Shown here: piece by piece, positions 33,470 to 42,828 of the stretch | How the letters are laid out: each line of letters begins with the position of its first letter | Numbering within the stretch: the first letter of the stretch is position 1 | Notes under the pieces: model-generated | What the model saw: the letters and a program-made list of their open reading frames with translations, nothing else | Told to the model about the DNA's origin: nothing | The model's database searches: none | Made by a program: the position numbers and the translations under genes | DNA from: Escherichia coli | GTDB taxonomy: Bacteria; Pseudomonadota; Gammaproteobacteria; Enterobacterales; Enterobacteriaceae | Assembly: GCF_965641715.1 (NCBI RefSeq) | Contig: NZ_OZ282453.1 | DNA length: 64,000 nt | Direction: 5' to 3' (one strand)

Positions 33470-35698
33470 TTAAATACTCCCCGCGTTATACCACGTCCCA
33501 TTAATGCAATACTGAATTGGCCTTGCCTGAGTTGTATCAATTAATTCATCACGGTTTCCGTTAACTGAACCCGTAACGACATAACCTGACCTGTCAGACC
33601 AGCCGGGACCATTCCATGTCTGAACAGATGACAGACCGCCAAGGCGAATACCTGTAATAAACCTTGAGTTACATTCTGCCTGCGTGTATGCACCAACATC
33701 TCCCGCAGAGGGTTTGCGGGTCGTGGTGTAAAACTCTGACCAGTTAGCCTCAAATCCATAACCATCACGCGCTGAACGATAAAAAATACCGCCGTTCCTG
33801 TAATTCACGCGGAACTGTACAGCAGGGCAGCTCCCCGTATTCATATTGAAGTGGAGGATTAATGTCGATGCACCGCTGATATCTGCATCATAAACACCGC
33901 TATTCCAGTTCCAGCCAACAGCTTTATCATTTGCAACCCTGCTTCCTGTTTGCCCTAAAGCAAATGCAGGCTGCTGGTTTTTCGTGTTGTAGTCTCTTCG
34001 CCAGCCAGGAGCATAAGCATCACCATGATTAATATAAGTGAATTGAGCGTTAGAGGTGCCGCCTCCGGTGGAAGTGCTTGGTGTTGTTACACGGATGGTC
34101 ATGGCACCTTTATTACCCATAACCTCAATAACGCAACCTGCAAGATGAATAGTTCCACAGCCAGTATCGGTAATAATTTTATTATTGCCGTATGACCATG
34201 AACATTTGCACATCCAGTATGGGTGATTGAATGCCCCTTGAGAATCCAGCCATTCAATCAATTGTGCCGTTGTCCAGTTCCCTGCCCCTGTACTAATAGC
34301 ACTGTGAAAAGCGCGACATGCACCAATATTTTTTGTGAAGGTATCTTTTCCTGGAATATCTGCGCCGTTCTGGTTTTTCTGTAATGCGCCAGAAGCCTGA
34401 TTTACCGTTTCTTGTAAACCGAGGTATTCGATAACGGCAGCAACGGTCGATTTCGCAAGAATATCCCGCCCGACTTTTGTCAGGGTTGCCAGGCTGGCGA
34501 CATCATTCCCCGTAAAATACGGAAACCTGTCTGCCGCAGTAGCAAGCCCGGCCAGCGCCGTCAGGGTGGCATCTTTCGGTTGCTTACCCGCAAGCGCGTT
34601 AGTCATGGTGGTCGCAAAATTCGGGTCGTTTCCCAGCGCCGCCGCTAACTCGTTCAGCGTATTCAGTGCGTCAGGTGACGAATCTACAAGGGCGGCAATC
34701 GCAGCCATAACGAAAGCCGTGCTTGCGATTTGGGTATTATTCGTTCCCTGTCGCGCAGTTGGCGTTGTTGGCGTTCCGGTCAGCGCAGGACTGTTTAAGG
34801 GCGCTTTCTTGTTCGTTTCATCCATTACCGCCTTAACCGCTTTCGATGTCGCGGCCAGTGTTTCAGACGTGCTGTTGGTGGCACTACTGAGCTGGACTAT
34901 CCCTTTTTGTGCCGTCGTGGCGTCCTGAGCGGTATATTTTGCGTTAGCAAGGTCATACGCGGCCTTTACTGCTTTCGGCGTTGCAGCCTGCGTTTCAGAC
35001 GTGCTGTTGGTGGCGCTACTGAGCTGAACTATCCCTTTTCGCGCAGTGGTAGCGTCCTGTGCGGTGTATTTGCCATTAGCCAGGTCATATGCCGCCTTAA
35101 CAGCCTTTGGCGTTGCCGCAAGCGTTTCAGACGTGCTGTTAGTGGCGCTGCTAAGTTGAACAAAGCCTTTTGCGGTCAGCGAGGCGTCCGGGTGACGTCG
35201 TGAGTGTTCATGCTCTTTCAGTTTGTCATCCACGTAATCCACTGTGGCCATTACCATGGTGTTATCCACGGTAAGCGCCACGGTGGCAGTGCTGGATACG
35301 GTCAGAATGGTGCGAAATGTTTGTGCACGTCCTGACCCTTCGGCAACGGTTGGCTTGTAACTTTCGGCAGTATTGCCTACTGCGATTAAATCGCCGTGCT
35401 CATCAAACACACCAATTTCCCGGATCCAGAATCCGCCCGTTTCTGGAGGAATAACCAGCTCCGCAATAATGCGGTTCTGATGTGTTGCGTCCAGGATGAC
35501 GCGATTAACAGTGTGTCGCCACACCTCATGCACCAGACGGGTCTGCTTACTGTCTGGTGTGGGCAACGTGCCGCCACCGTCGCCCACGGCCATATGAGTC
35601 AGGCGGACAGGCTTACCATCTGGCGCGGCTGCCTGAGCTAATTTTTTTGCACCCGTATCGGTGATAACGGTTTTAAATTTTCGTGTTGTGGTACTCAT
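33470..35698 (-). CDS. H: Tail fibre protein gpH (constant N-terminus plus currently selected variable C-terminus)
   Basis: 742 aa; conserved phage-fibre N-terminus, three tandem 43-aa repeats, crossover site near codon 421, C-terminus ...[12 protein letters not shown]. Confidence 0.85.
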   Translation of the reverse strand: MSTTTRKFKTVITDTGAKKLAQAAAPDGKPVRLTHMAVGDGGGTLPTPDSKQTRLVHEVWRHTVNRVILDATHQNRIIAELVIPPETGGFWIREIGVFDEHGDLIAVGNTAESYKPTVAEGSGRAQTFRTILTVSSTATVALTVDNTMVMATVDYVDDKLKEHEHSRRHPDASLTAKGFVQLSSATNSTSETLAATPKAVKAAYDLANGKYTAQDATTARKGIVQLSSATNSTSETQAATPKAVKAAYDLANAKYTAQDATTAQKGIVQLSSATNSTSETLAATSKAVKAVMDETNKKAPLNSPALTGTPTTPTARQGTNNTQIASTAFVMAAIAALVDSSPDALNTLNELAAALGNDPNFATTMTNALAGKQPKDATLTALAGLATAADRFPYFTGNDVASLATLTKVGRDILAKSTVAAVIEYLGLQETVNQASGALQKNQNGADIPGKDTFTKNIGACRAFHSAISTGAGNWTTAQLIEWLDSQGAFNHPYWMCKCSWSYGNNKIITDTGCGTIHLAGCVIEVMGNKGAMTIRVTTPSTSTGGGTSNAQFTYINHGDAYAPGWRRDYNTKNQQPAFALGQTGSRVANDKAVGWNWNSGVYDADISGASTLILHFNMNTGSCPAVQFRVNYRNGGIFYRSARDGYGFEANWSEFYTTTRKPSAGDVGAYTQAECNSRFITGIRLGGLSSVQTWNGPGWSDRSGYVVTGSVNGNRDELIDTTQARPIQYCINGTWYNAGSI
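34409..34434. repeat. Invertase crossover site, right (gix/hix-like 26-mer, inside gene H)
   Basis: ttcttgtaaaccgaggtattcgataa, the inverted partner of the left site. Confidence 0.8.
34906..35290. repeat. Three tandem ~129-bp repeats inside the tail-fibre gene
   Basis: The DNA repeats encode [43 protein letters not shown] three times with minor variation. Confidence 0.7.
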
Positions 35699-35700
35699 GC

Positions 35701-36231
35701 TTAATCGTCCGGATAAATGGTAATGACTTCACCGTCGTAAGTTGCTGCCGCCGCGAAAATATCTCCCGGGATCTCCTGAATGATATTCAGCCCTGTCATG
35801 TGGCGGCTGACCGGGCGGGCATCAGCAATCAACCGCTCCATTTCCAGATACATTTCCTCCGTCACGCCACTGTCCAGCGTGCCGACTTCAACGGTAAATG
35901 TTCCCGGTTCTCCGTCGAACTCCCACCACTCAGACACGCGAATGAGGTATCCCAGCGGCTCAATGGCCCGGCGCAGTGCGCTGATGGTCCCTTTGTGTCG
36001 GTGTATCAGCCATGCATCACGAATCACCTGTCGCTTTGTCTCTTCCGGCCAGTTGCGATCCCAGCGGTCAACGGAAAATGCCCAGGCGAGATAAGGCAGC
36101 AAATGCACCGGGCAGGTGTCCGGTGACCACAGCGTGTTGAGGTCTACCGGGATGTCTGTAATGCGCGCTCCGACAGCTTCGGCGCAACGCATGAAACGGC
36201 TGGCTGATGGCGGTAACAGTGAATTACTCAT
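35701..36231 (-). CDS. I: Baseplate protein gpI
   Basis: Syntenic between J and H. Start placed at MSNSLLPPSASRF, about 176 aa; the track ORF extends 11 codons further upstream. Confidence 0.75.
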   Translation of the reverse strand: MSNSLLPPSASRFMRCAEAVGARITDIPVDLNTLWSPDTCPVHLLPYLAWAFSVDRWDRNWPEETKRQVIRDAWLIHRHKGTISALRRAIEPLGYLIRVSEWWEFDGEPGTFTVEVGTLDSGVTEEMYLEMERLIADARPVSRHMTGLNIIQEIPGDIFAAAATYDGEVITIYPDD

Positions 36232-37120
36232 TGCGCCCACCTTCGCTGATGGTGAATGACTCACAGCGCGCCGCCTGTATGTCGCTGATGGCCAGATTCT
36301 GTGTGGGTTCGATTATCTCCACGCGTTGCACACCGTGCACATGCAGTGCGGCAGCAATGGCGGACAACGCCACGTCCTGACCGATAAGCCCCTGCTCAGC
36401 CAGCCACTTCCTGAACGACGATTCAGCCGCCGCCAGAATAGGTTCGGATTCCGGGCCGGGGTAAAAGTACAGTTTTGCATTCAGCCGCCATGTCACGATT
36501 CTGGCACTCTGTACGGTCAGGCGGTCGGCCACCGGGCGGGTATCCTCTGCATTCAGAACGGCGCGAACGGTATTAAGCAACGCCTCCGTTGCTGTGCCGT
36601 CGCCCTCAGTGGACAGGATGGAAACCGTCACGTTGGCCGGAGACGGGCTGATGGCCCGCGCATCGCGCACCAGACCGCTGGCGCTGCGTGCAAAATACTC
36701 GTATGCGCCTGACGGGCCAGCAACACTCAGACCATCATACGCCCGTTGCGCCCGCAGTCTCAGCGAGGTGTCGCTCTCCATCACCGCGTCGGTGGTATCC
36801 GTTGCCGGAGTGATAACCAGGCGCTTTGTGTTCATATTGCCCGCGAGGTTGTCCAGGTCTGTTCCGGTGCTGTGGCTCAACATGCAGGCGCGTGCGCCCT
36901 CGTTAACCCGCTGGCGTAACAGCATTTCACGAAACGACATGGTTTGAGCGATAACGTTCAGGGGTTCCGATTCCAGCTCCAGCGCGGCGGAGACGGCTTC
37001 ACGCTGTTCGGCGGGATAAGCCGCAATCATCATGGCCTTTGTGTCAGCCAGAATTGCTTCAAAGTCAGGCTCCGCGATGATGGCGGGTTCCGGTAACTGG
37101 GAAAGGTCAACGGCAGGCAT
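36224..37120 (-). CDS. J: Baseplate wedge protein gpJ
   Basis: 298 aa, size and position of P2 gpJ. Confidence 0.8.
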   Translation of the reverse strand: MPAVDLSQLPEPAIIAEPDFEAILADTKAMMIAAYPAEQREAVSAALELESEPLNVIAQTMSFREMLLRQRVNEGARACMLSHSTGTDLDNLAGNMNTKRLVITPATDTTDAVMESDTSLRLRAQRAYDGLSVAGPSGAYEYFARSASGLVRDARAISPSPANVTVSILSTEGDGTATEALLNTVRAVLNAEDTRPVADRLTVQSARIVTWRLNAKLYFYPGPESEPILAAAESSFRKWLAEQGLIGQDVALSAIAAALHVHGVQRVEIIEPTQNLAISDIQAARCESFTISEGGRNE

Positions 37121-37123
37121 GAT

Positions 37124-37474
37124 TTACTCCCTCAGCGTGATGGTTAATTCAACATTCTGCATGGTCTGCATGACAGTACCCGACAGCGTCACCCCGGCGC
37201 GGCCTCCTGCTTTCCAGACAACGTCGATGGCATCCAGGGCAATGCGGGGTTCCCATCGCGTCAGTGCAATCACGGCAGCACTCATGCATTGCAGACGCGT
37301 GGTGTTATTCATGGGTTCGTCAATTAAATCAGGCACAAGGCTGCCATATTCCCGTCGCATAACCCGGCTTGCCAGCGGGGTGATCAGGATGTCCCTGACT
37401 GACTGTTTCAGGTGCTCCATATCGTTCAGGTTTCCCGTCCCGTCCGGGTTCATTCCTGTGTAGCGGGTTGTCAC
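37124..37474 (-). CDS. W: Baseplate protein gpW
   Basis: 116 aa, between V and J as in P2. Confidence 0.8.
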   Translation of the reverse strand: MTTRYTGMNPDGTGNLNDMEHLKQSVRDILITPLASRVMRREYGSLVPDLIDEPMNNTTRLQCMSAAVIALTRWEPRIALDAIDVVWKAGGRAGVTLSGTVMQTMQNVELTITLRE

Positions 37475-38052
37475 TGCGGGCCTCCTGTCGAATCGCTGCC
37501 ACCTTTAACGCCACCGTGTTTATGCGTATGCACTGTGATGCCGTTTGAGGTGAAATCGCCGCCGCTGTGCGTGATATTGCCGCTCATCTTTCCCCCTTTT
37601 GTGACGTCAAGCGTCGCTGTTCTCAGAAGGTCTGTGCATTCCACGACAGGCGTGTCCAGTGTCACACTGACGGATGCCTGCAGGGTGGCCGTTTTCATGC
37701 CGCTGGCGCTCAGTGCGCCTGCGTCTGCGTCGTAGCGGAACACCGCGCCATCCGGCGCGCTGACCACGATTTCTTTCAGGCTTTTGCCTGGGGCCGGAAT
37801 GGCATCACTCCACAGGCTGCCAATTATCATGGCGGTTTCCGGGTTGCCGCCAATGCAGGCAATGACCACCTGTTCGCCTGGTGATGGCGGCAGCCACACA
37901 TTGAAGGCTCCCGCGCGCGTGGTGTTCCAGCGCAACCAGCCTGTTTCCAGTTCGCCGCTGCGAACGCGCACGCGCCAGGACTTCTCATCAACTTCAGAGA
38001 TGATCCCGGTGCGGATGATATTGCTCAGTAGCCGCATGAGTTCTGCGCTCAC
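37471..38052 (-). CDS. V: Baseplate spike/hub protein gpV
   Basis: 193 aa with a Gly-rich C-terminal tip (HTHKHGGVKGGSDSTGGP); syntenic. Confidence 0.8.
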   Translation of the reverse strand: MSAELMRLLSNIIRTGIISEVDEKSWRVRVRSGELETGWLRWNTTRAGAFNVWLPPSPGEQVVIACIGGNPETAMIIGSLWSDAIPAPGKSLKEIVVSAPDGAVFRYDADAGALSASGMKTATLQASVSVTLDTPVVECTDLLRTATLDVTKGGKMSGNITHSGGDFTSNGITVHTHKHGGVKGGSDSTGGPQ

Positions 38053-38693
38053 CGTACAGCCTCCGCAATCCGGCCCAGCACCGTGTTATAAATCAGGCGC
38101 TCATCTGCCTGGCTGATACCCAGCAGCTCACGTACCGGGTAATCGGTGAAAATGCCCGGCGCAACCTGATCGCGCTCACCGAACTGATGAACGCGTGCAA
38201 TACGTGCGGCCACGCCGCTGTAACCCACCGTCACACCGGAAGCATCTGCACGGGCTTTCAGGTAGCGGGCGGTGCGCAGTTTTACGAACATGGGGACGCG
38301 CCTGGTGCTGTCCTGGTTGATGCGCCGGGTGCGTATTTCCAGAAAGCGGTCGATGTCATCCCGGTAAAACGTGCGGATGCTGTTTTTATCCTCATCCCAC
38401 CCGGTGATGGTTCGCCCGTATTTCCCCGTGTCGTGATGCCAGTTTTTCAGCGTGCGTGCTTCGTTATTCCAGATAAAGCGAATGCGCTCCTGTATCCGGG
38501 TTACGCGGCGTCTGCGTGGTGTCCATGCGGTCCCGTCCGGCGCTTTCTGTGACCGGATGCGCGCCTGCTGGGCGCGGCGTAAATCCTGTGCCAGCTTTCT
38601 GGCGATGTTATTGATGGCCTGCTGATTCAGGCTGTCGCGGATGGCCTCAAAGGTTTCATCCACGCGGGTGAATGCCTTATCCATCGCTTTCAC
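38049..38693 (-). CDS. Tail completion / virion morphogenesis protein (gpS-like)
   Basis: 214 aa with an ARIARVHQFG segment typical of the gpS morphogenesis family; longer than P2 gpS. Confidence 0.7.
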   Translation of the reverse strand: MKAMDKAFTRVDETFEAIRDSLNQQAINNIARKLAQDLRRAQQARIRSQKAPDGTAWTPRRRRVTRIQERIRFIWNNEARTLKNWHHDTGKYGRTITGWDEDKNSIRTFYRDDIDRFLEIRTRRINQDSTRRVPMFVKLRTARYLKARADASGVTVGYSGVAARIARVHQFGERDQVAPGIFTDYPVRELLGISQADERLIYNTVLGRIAEAVR

Positions 38694-39144
38694 CCCACGT
38701 CACATCCTGGAATACATGCGACCAGTCGCCTTCGGAGGAGGGCAGGCGGGGTTTTGGCTCCGGCAGGTGTTCTGCCTGCGGTGTCCCCTGACTGTTGCGC
38801 GTGATGCGAACGCGTTCCCGCAGGGGGAGCGTAAACAGGAGATCGGCGCTGTCATCGTCATTGATAACGGCGGAAAATTTGATGTCCTGATTACACTCCG
38901 GATTAAGCAACAACTGTGGCTGATTTTCGGATAACCACGCCAGCAGCGGCAGCGTGAGGTCGTCCAGCTCTCCGGCGTAATCCATGACAAACATCACCAT
39001 CTGATAGCGGTAAACAAACGAGGGCGTTTCTCCGGTCGTTTCAATGTTGCCGCTCTCCACGAAAATGGTGAATTTTTCCGGGTTGGCCTGACACCATCGG
39101 CATGAACGGGTCATGGCTTCACGCAGGGAATCAGTTTTCAGCAT
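38677..39144 (-). CDS. Tail completion protein gpR-like
   Basis: 155 aa, syntenic between the lysis genes and gpS. Confidence 0.7.
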   Translation of the reverse strand: MLKTDSLREAMTRSCRWCQANPEKFTIFVESGNIETTGETPSFVYRYQMVMFVMDYAGELDDLTLPLLAWLSENQPQLLLNPECNQDIKFSAVINDDDSADLLFTLPLRERVRITRNSQGTPQAEHLPEPKPRLPSSEGDWSHVFQDVTWGESDG

Positions 39145-39184
39145 GGTTGTTGTCCTCGTTATTCACTTGTTGCAGTTCATGAGG

Positions 39185-39730
39185 TTACAGGGCTACACGT
39201 TCTTTCATCCAGCCATAGACAAACGACTCGTTAGCCTCGCGTTTCTCTGCCAGCTCCAGATAGCGTTCGCCCTGCGTACAGTTCATTGCAGACAACATCA
39301 CCATCTCGCCGTCCCGACCGCGTTTTTCCAGATATGCACGCAATGCGTTAATCGTGCGTGGGCCAGTGCGTCCGTCCGTGTCCATATCGGGATACAGTTT
39401 CCCGCCCTGATTGAATACGTTCAGCCAGCGCTGAAGCATTCTGGTTGCCACAGACGGCCCCATATTTACTCCGGTGTCACACAGTTCTGCGGCAATATCC
39501 GGGGACAGCTTCGCTATCTGATCAAAACGCGGTCCGTACCAGTAATCAGCTTCAAGGATTTCCAGTGCCTGTCCGCGAGTTAAATCACGCATATCGCCAC
39601 GGTATCCGTGCGCCCGTGCCACCTTTTCAGTGATGCCCCATTTTGTCGGACCGCCTCTGTCATCCGGGTGATTGACGTAGCCGCCTTCTTTGCCAAGAAC
39701 GACATCAAAAATTTCGTCTTTCGATTTCAT
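39185..39730 (-). CDS. Endolysin, GH108-type muramidase with C-terminal peptidoglycan-binding domain
   Basis: N-terminal EGGYVNHPDDRGGPTKWGIT as in the GH108 lysozyme family; sits in the P2 gene K position. Confidence 0.75.
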   Translation of the reverse strand: MKSKDEIFDVVLGKEGGYVNHPDDRGGPTKWGITEKVARAHGYRGDMRDLTRGQALEILEADYWYGPRFDQIAKLSPDIAAELCDTGVNMGPSVATRMLQRWLNVFNQGGKLYPDMDTDGRTGPRTINALRAYLEKRGRDGEMVMLSAMNCTQGERYLELAEKREANESFVYGWMKERVAL

Positions 39731-39784
39731 TTCGTCACCTCTGTGAATGATTTTTATGGTGATTACCGGCTTTAAGCCTGCGAC

Positions 39785-40111
39785 TTATTCATCTCCCTTT
39801 TGGGTTATGCGGTTAAAGGCGGCAATGATCTTGTCGCGTGCTTTTTCTGCGCCCATAAAACCGATAGATGCGCCGAAAAACGTCACGGCATCTTCAGGAA
39901 CTCCGAAGAAGCGCAACGACCCGGCCACGGCCATGGCAAGAACGCCGCACGCCAGCGATCCCGTTACGGTCTGAACCAGCGTTCGTCCGTCATAAAGACT
40001 CATCAGCGCGGAAATGCTGACTGCCGCGCCTGCTGCATACACCGTTGGCAGGTGGTCAAAGAGCCACGCAATAACCTGCTCTGTGATCCCTGTTTGAATA
40101 GTGCTCACTAC
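39785..40111 (-). CDS. Putative holin
   Basis: ~108-aa product with two or three TM helices between gpX and the endolysin. Proposed GTG start overlaps the gpX stop (TAGTG); the track's 180-aa ORF overextends upstream in another register. Confidence 0.6.
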   Translation of the reverse strand, partial: VVSTIQTGITEQVIAWLFDHLPTVYAAGAAVSISALMSLYDGRTLVQTVTGSLACGVLAMAVAGSLRFFGVPEDAVTFFGASIGFMGAEKARDKIIAAFNRITQKGDE

Positions 40112-40317
40112 TACTCCCCCCACAACTGAATCATTTCTCGTTTCTTCTTCTCCGGCTCCGGCATCTCCACGTCCTGCCCGGGGTCCAGAAATACCTGCTG
40201 ACAGAGTCCGGGGTTGGCATCCAGCACCTTTTCGGTGACGCCCTGCGTCGTGCCGTAGTACCGGAAACAGAGCGAATCCACGGTGTCGCCTTCCAGTGCC
40301 TTCACTTTCATCAGCAC
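40111..40317 (-). CDS. X: Tail protein gpX
   Basis: 68 aa, MLMKVKALEGDTVDSLCFRYYGTTQGVTEKVLDANPGL..., closely parallel to P2 gpX. Confidence 0.85.
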   Translation of the reverse strand: MLMKVKALEGDTVDSLCFRYYGTTQGVTEKVLDANPGLCQQVFLDPGQDVEMPEPEKKKREMIQLWGE

Positions 40318-40814
40318 AACTCCGCAAAGATTCGCGGTCGTCCCAGAATGTCAGAGATGGCCCAGCTCACATCGCGCCACAAATCCGATGTCTGTATATC
40401 CAGTGCGTCCGCCCGGCGGTCGCCCTTATCCGTTGTGTCCGCATCGCGGTAACGCTCCAGAATCAGGGCGCGTGTGGCGGTATAAACGGCATTGCGCCAG
40501 TGCCAGAGATTGACGCTTTCTCCGTTAATTACGGGTGCCGGAACATCGGCCAGCGTCTGGTGGCCAGCCGCCTGCTGTTCCTGCTGCCACGCTTCCAGCT
40601 CGCGGGTAACGTGTGCCACGGCCCCGGTGGCGGTATGCAGCAGGCGGGAGGTGGTCACACGGCCCGGCAGTCGTATCGCCAGACGCAGCTCACGCAGCAC
40701 AATATCCGGCCAGAATGCGCCCGCTGAAATACGGGTATCACCATCATCGGTATCGGTGATGTCGTCCTCTGCGGGGCCGGGGTTGGTTCTGGCAACCATA
40801 CTCATGGGGTTCAC
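40311..40814 (-). CDS. L: Head completion protein gpL
   Basis: 167 aa, syntenic between M and X. Confidence 0.8.
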   Translation of the reverse strand: MNPMSMVARTNPGPAEDDITDTDDGDTRISAGAFWPDIVLRELRLAIRLPGRVTTSRLLHTATGAVAHVTRELEAWQQEQQAAGHQTLADVPAPVINGESVNLWHWRNAVYTATRALILERYRDADTTDKGDRRADALDIQTSDLWRDVSWAISDILGRPRIFAELC

Positions 40815-40906
40815 TCCTGAAAAAATCGGGCGGTGGGTGCGCGGTGTAAACGGTCACGGAGTCAAACCGGAACACCGTGCACGCCGCCCGCTGACGGGGT
40901 CAGTCG

Positions 40907-41707
40907 TTAAACGCGCTTCGCCTTCTGCGTCGCGGTGGTTTTTCGTGTTGCAGGCTTCCGCGTTGTCTTTTTACTTTTGCTGCTTTCGTCCTGCGCCTGC
41001 TGTGCGCTGGCGTCATCTGGGGCGGCTGCGGAATCGGCTTTTTTCAGGGCGCGGGAAAGGGTTGCAATCTCGCGTTTCACACCTGCGTTCGGGTTCAGGT
41101 GCATCGCTTCGCGCAGCAGCTTCAGTGACAGGGCCATGCTGTCCGCATCGCTCAGGCCACGGCGGGCAAAGGCGCACGCCTTGCATAATTTGGCGCGTAC
41201 TTCGTCCGGCATATCCTGGTCGGTGACAATCTCCCGGAGGGTGTCCAGTGGTTCGATAAAGGCGGACAAATCCGCGTCGGCATCCGTCCCGGCCTGCGTC
41301 AGTACCGGGTTGCAGATTTCTTCGGTCAGCACTGTGGCAGCAGTACGGCCAAAGTTATCCGGCATGATGAGGTTGTGACGGACCACATACGCACCAATAC
41401 GCAATGCCAGCGGAAGATCGCCACAGTCAATCGCCCACACCATCAGCGTGGCAATCACCTCATCCTGCTGCCCGCCGTCAGCCTCCAGCGTTCCTTCAAT
41501 CCAGCCAGAAAAGTCCGGTAACAACTCTTTTTTGATGGCGGCTTTGGCGCTTCTGGCCTGTACGCCCTTAAGTCGGGCCTGTGCCAGACGCAGACGATAC
41601 AGCACCTCTTCATGCGCGGTACGTGCGGCGTGATCCACGCCTTCATTCGCCCGGCCTGCGCGCTGCGCCATCACGTTCTGCCAGTGTTGCTGTGCAGGGG
41701 TAATCAT
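40907..41707 (-). CDS. M: Terminase small/endonuclease subunit gpM
   Basis: 266 aa with a basic C-terminal tail; between capsid and head-completion genes. Confidence 0.8.
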   Translation of the reverse strand: MITPAQQHWQNVMAQRAGRANEGVDHAARTAHEEVLYRLRLAQARLKGVQARSAKAAIKKELLPDFSGWIEGTLEADGGQQDEVIATLMVWAIDCGDLPLALRIGAYVVRHNLIMPDNFGRTAATVLTEEICNPVLTQAGTDADADLSAFIEPLDTLREIVTDQDMPDEVRAKLCKACAFARRGLSDADSMALSLKLLREAMHLNPNAGVKREIATLSRALKKADSAAAPDDASAQQAQDESSKSKKTTRKPATRKTTATQKAKRV

Positions 41708-41752
41708 TCTTTCTCTCCGTTACAGGCGGGCATGATGCCCGCCGTGAGTTGA

Positions 41753-42805
41753 TTAGCTGTCGGCGAACTTCAGGCCAGTGACCATCGCGCACTTGCCATA
41801 GTCTTCAACGACATAAGCGTCATTGATGGACTGGTAAGTGGCGATGCGGTTGTATTCCGGCTCGTCTTTCATCAGGCGACGCATTGAGCCTCTCTGCCAG
41901 TAAATTGACAGGTTGTTGAATGAGGTAATCAGCATCGTTGCATCCGGGAAGAACGGCGCAAGGAATACATCCAGCCCGCCAATGGTGCGCGATGACAGGA
42001 TGAGCTGTCCGGCGAGTAATTCCGCATTGGGATTCTGGCCGCTGATGCTGTTCAGAACGGGCAGACGCAGCGAGTTAAACAGGTTGCGCCCCATAATCAC
42101 CACGAGGTCGTCTGCTTCCTTGTGCCATTCATCCAGCAGGGATGAGCGCGCGTCCTGTACGAGTGCATCAGCGTTCGCATACTTACCCGCGTGCGCCACG
42201 GTGTTGTCCATGTTGCGGGAAGTCAGCGTCACGTCATTCATTACGCGTTCACTGGCATCGGTTCTGATGTGCTCCAGCCAGCCCACGTTAACGTCCTGAA
42301 GCAGCTTGTTGGTGCTGAAATTGGATTTTTCCGCGTGTGATGTGCCGTTAAAGCCGATCATGATGCGGTCAAGCGCCACCTGCCGGGCAATCTGTGTGCT
42401 GATGCGCGACTGAAAATCGCTGTGAGCCGCCCAGGCATCAAGCTTCGGATACGAAATAAAGGTGTCGTAGTTCACCTGTTCACACTGGTACTGACGAGCC
42501 TTCATATCGACAGCGTTAATCGGATTACGGCGATCTGTGCCGTCATAACTGGTATTCGTGCGCGCAATCGGCCCGGTGGTGTCCAGGAGAACTTTTTCGC
42601 CTTTCTGGTCAGTTACACCGATTACGTTAATTCTTTTCGTAAATTCGGTACTTTCCTTTGAAGCGTTTTCAAAACGCTGTTGTACCGATGGATTGACGGT
42701 AAATCGCGATACCAGCGCAGAAACCGGGATATTGTTAAGCGACGCCTGCTGCGTCATGTAGCAGCCCAGCTTGTTACGGGCATTATCTGACATCACCAGA
42801 TTCAT
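41753..42805 (-). CDS. N: Major capsid protein gpN
   Basis: 350 aa, syntenic after the scaffold gene. Confidence 0.85.
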   Translation of the reverse strand: MNLVMSDNARNKLGCYMTQQASLNNIPVSALVSRFTVNPSVQQRFENASKESTEFTKRINVIGVTDQKGEKVLLDTTGPIARTNTSYDGTDRRNPINAVDMKARQYQCEQVNYDTFISYPKLDAWAAHSDFQSRISTQIARQVALDRIMIGFNGTSHAEKSNFSTNKLLQDVNVGWLEHIRTDASERVMNDVTLTSRNMDNTVAHAGKYANADALVQDARSSLLDEWHKEADDLVVIMGRNLFNSLRLPVLNSISGQNPNAELLAGQLILSSRTIGGLDVFLAPFFPDATMLITSFNNLSIYWQRGSMRRLMKDEPEYNRIATYQSINDAYVVEDYGKCAMVTGLKFADS

Positions 42806-42828
42806 AAAAATTTTGCTCCTTTGTCTTA

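Larger units (their letters stand above)
31343..34434. other. Invertible tail-fibre segment (~3.1 kb)
   Basis: Bounded by the two 26-bp inverted repeats (23/26 identical); holds two alternative tail-fibre C-terminal cassettes with two divergent tail-fibre-assembly paralogs. Confidence 0.8.

Noticed and set aside
39785-40327. Full 180-aa version of the holin ORF
   Set aside because: The N-terminal 72 codons overlap gpX in another frame and are Arg/Gly-rich; a GTG at the gpX stop gives a sensibly sized membrane protein.
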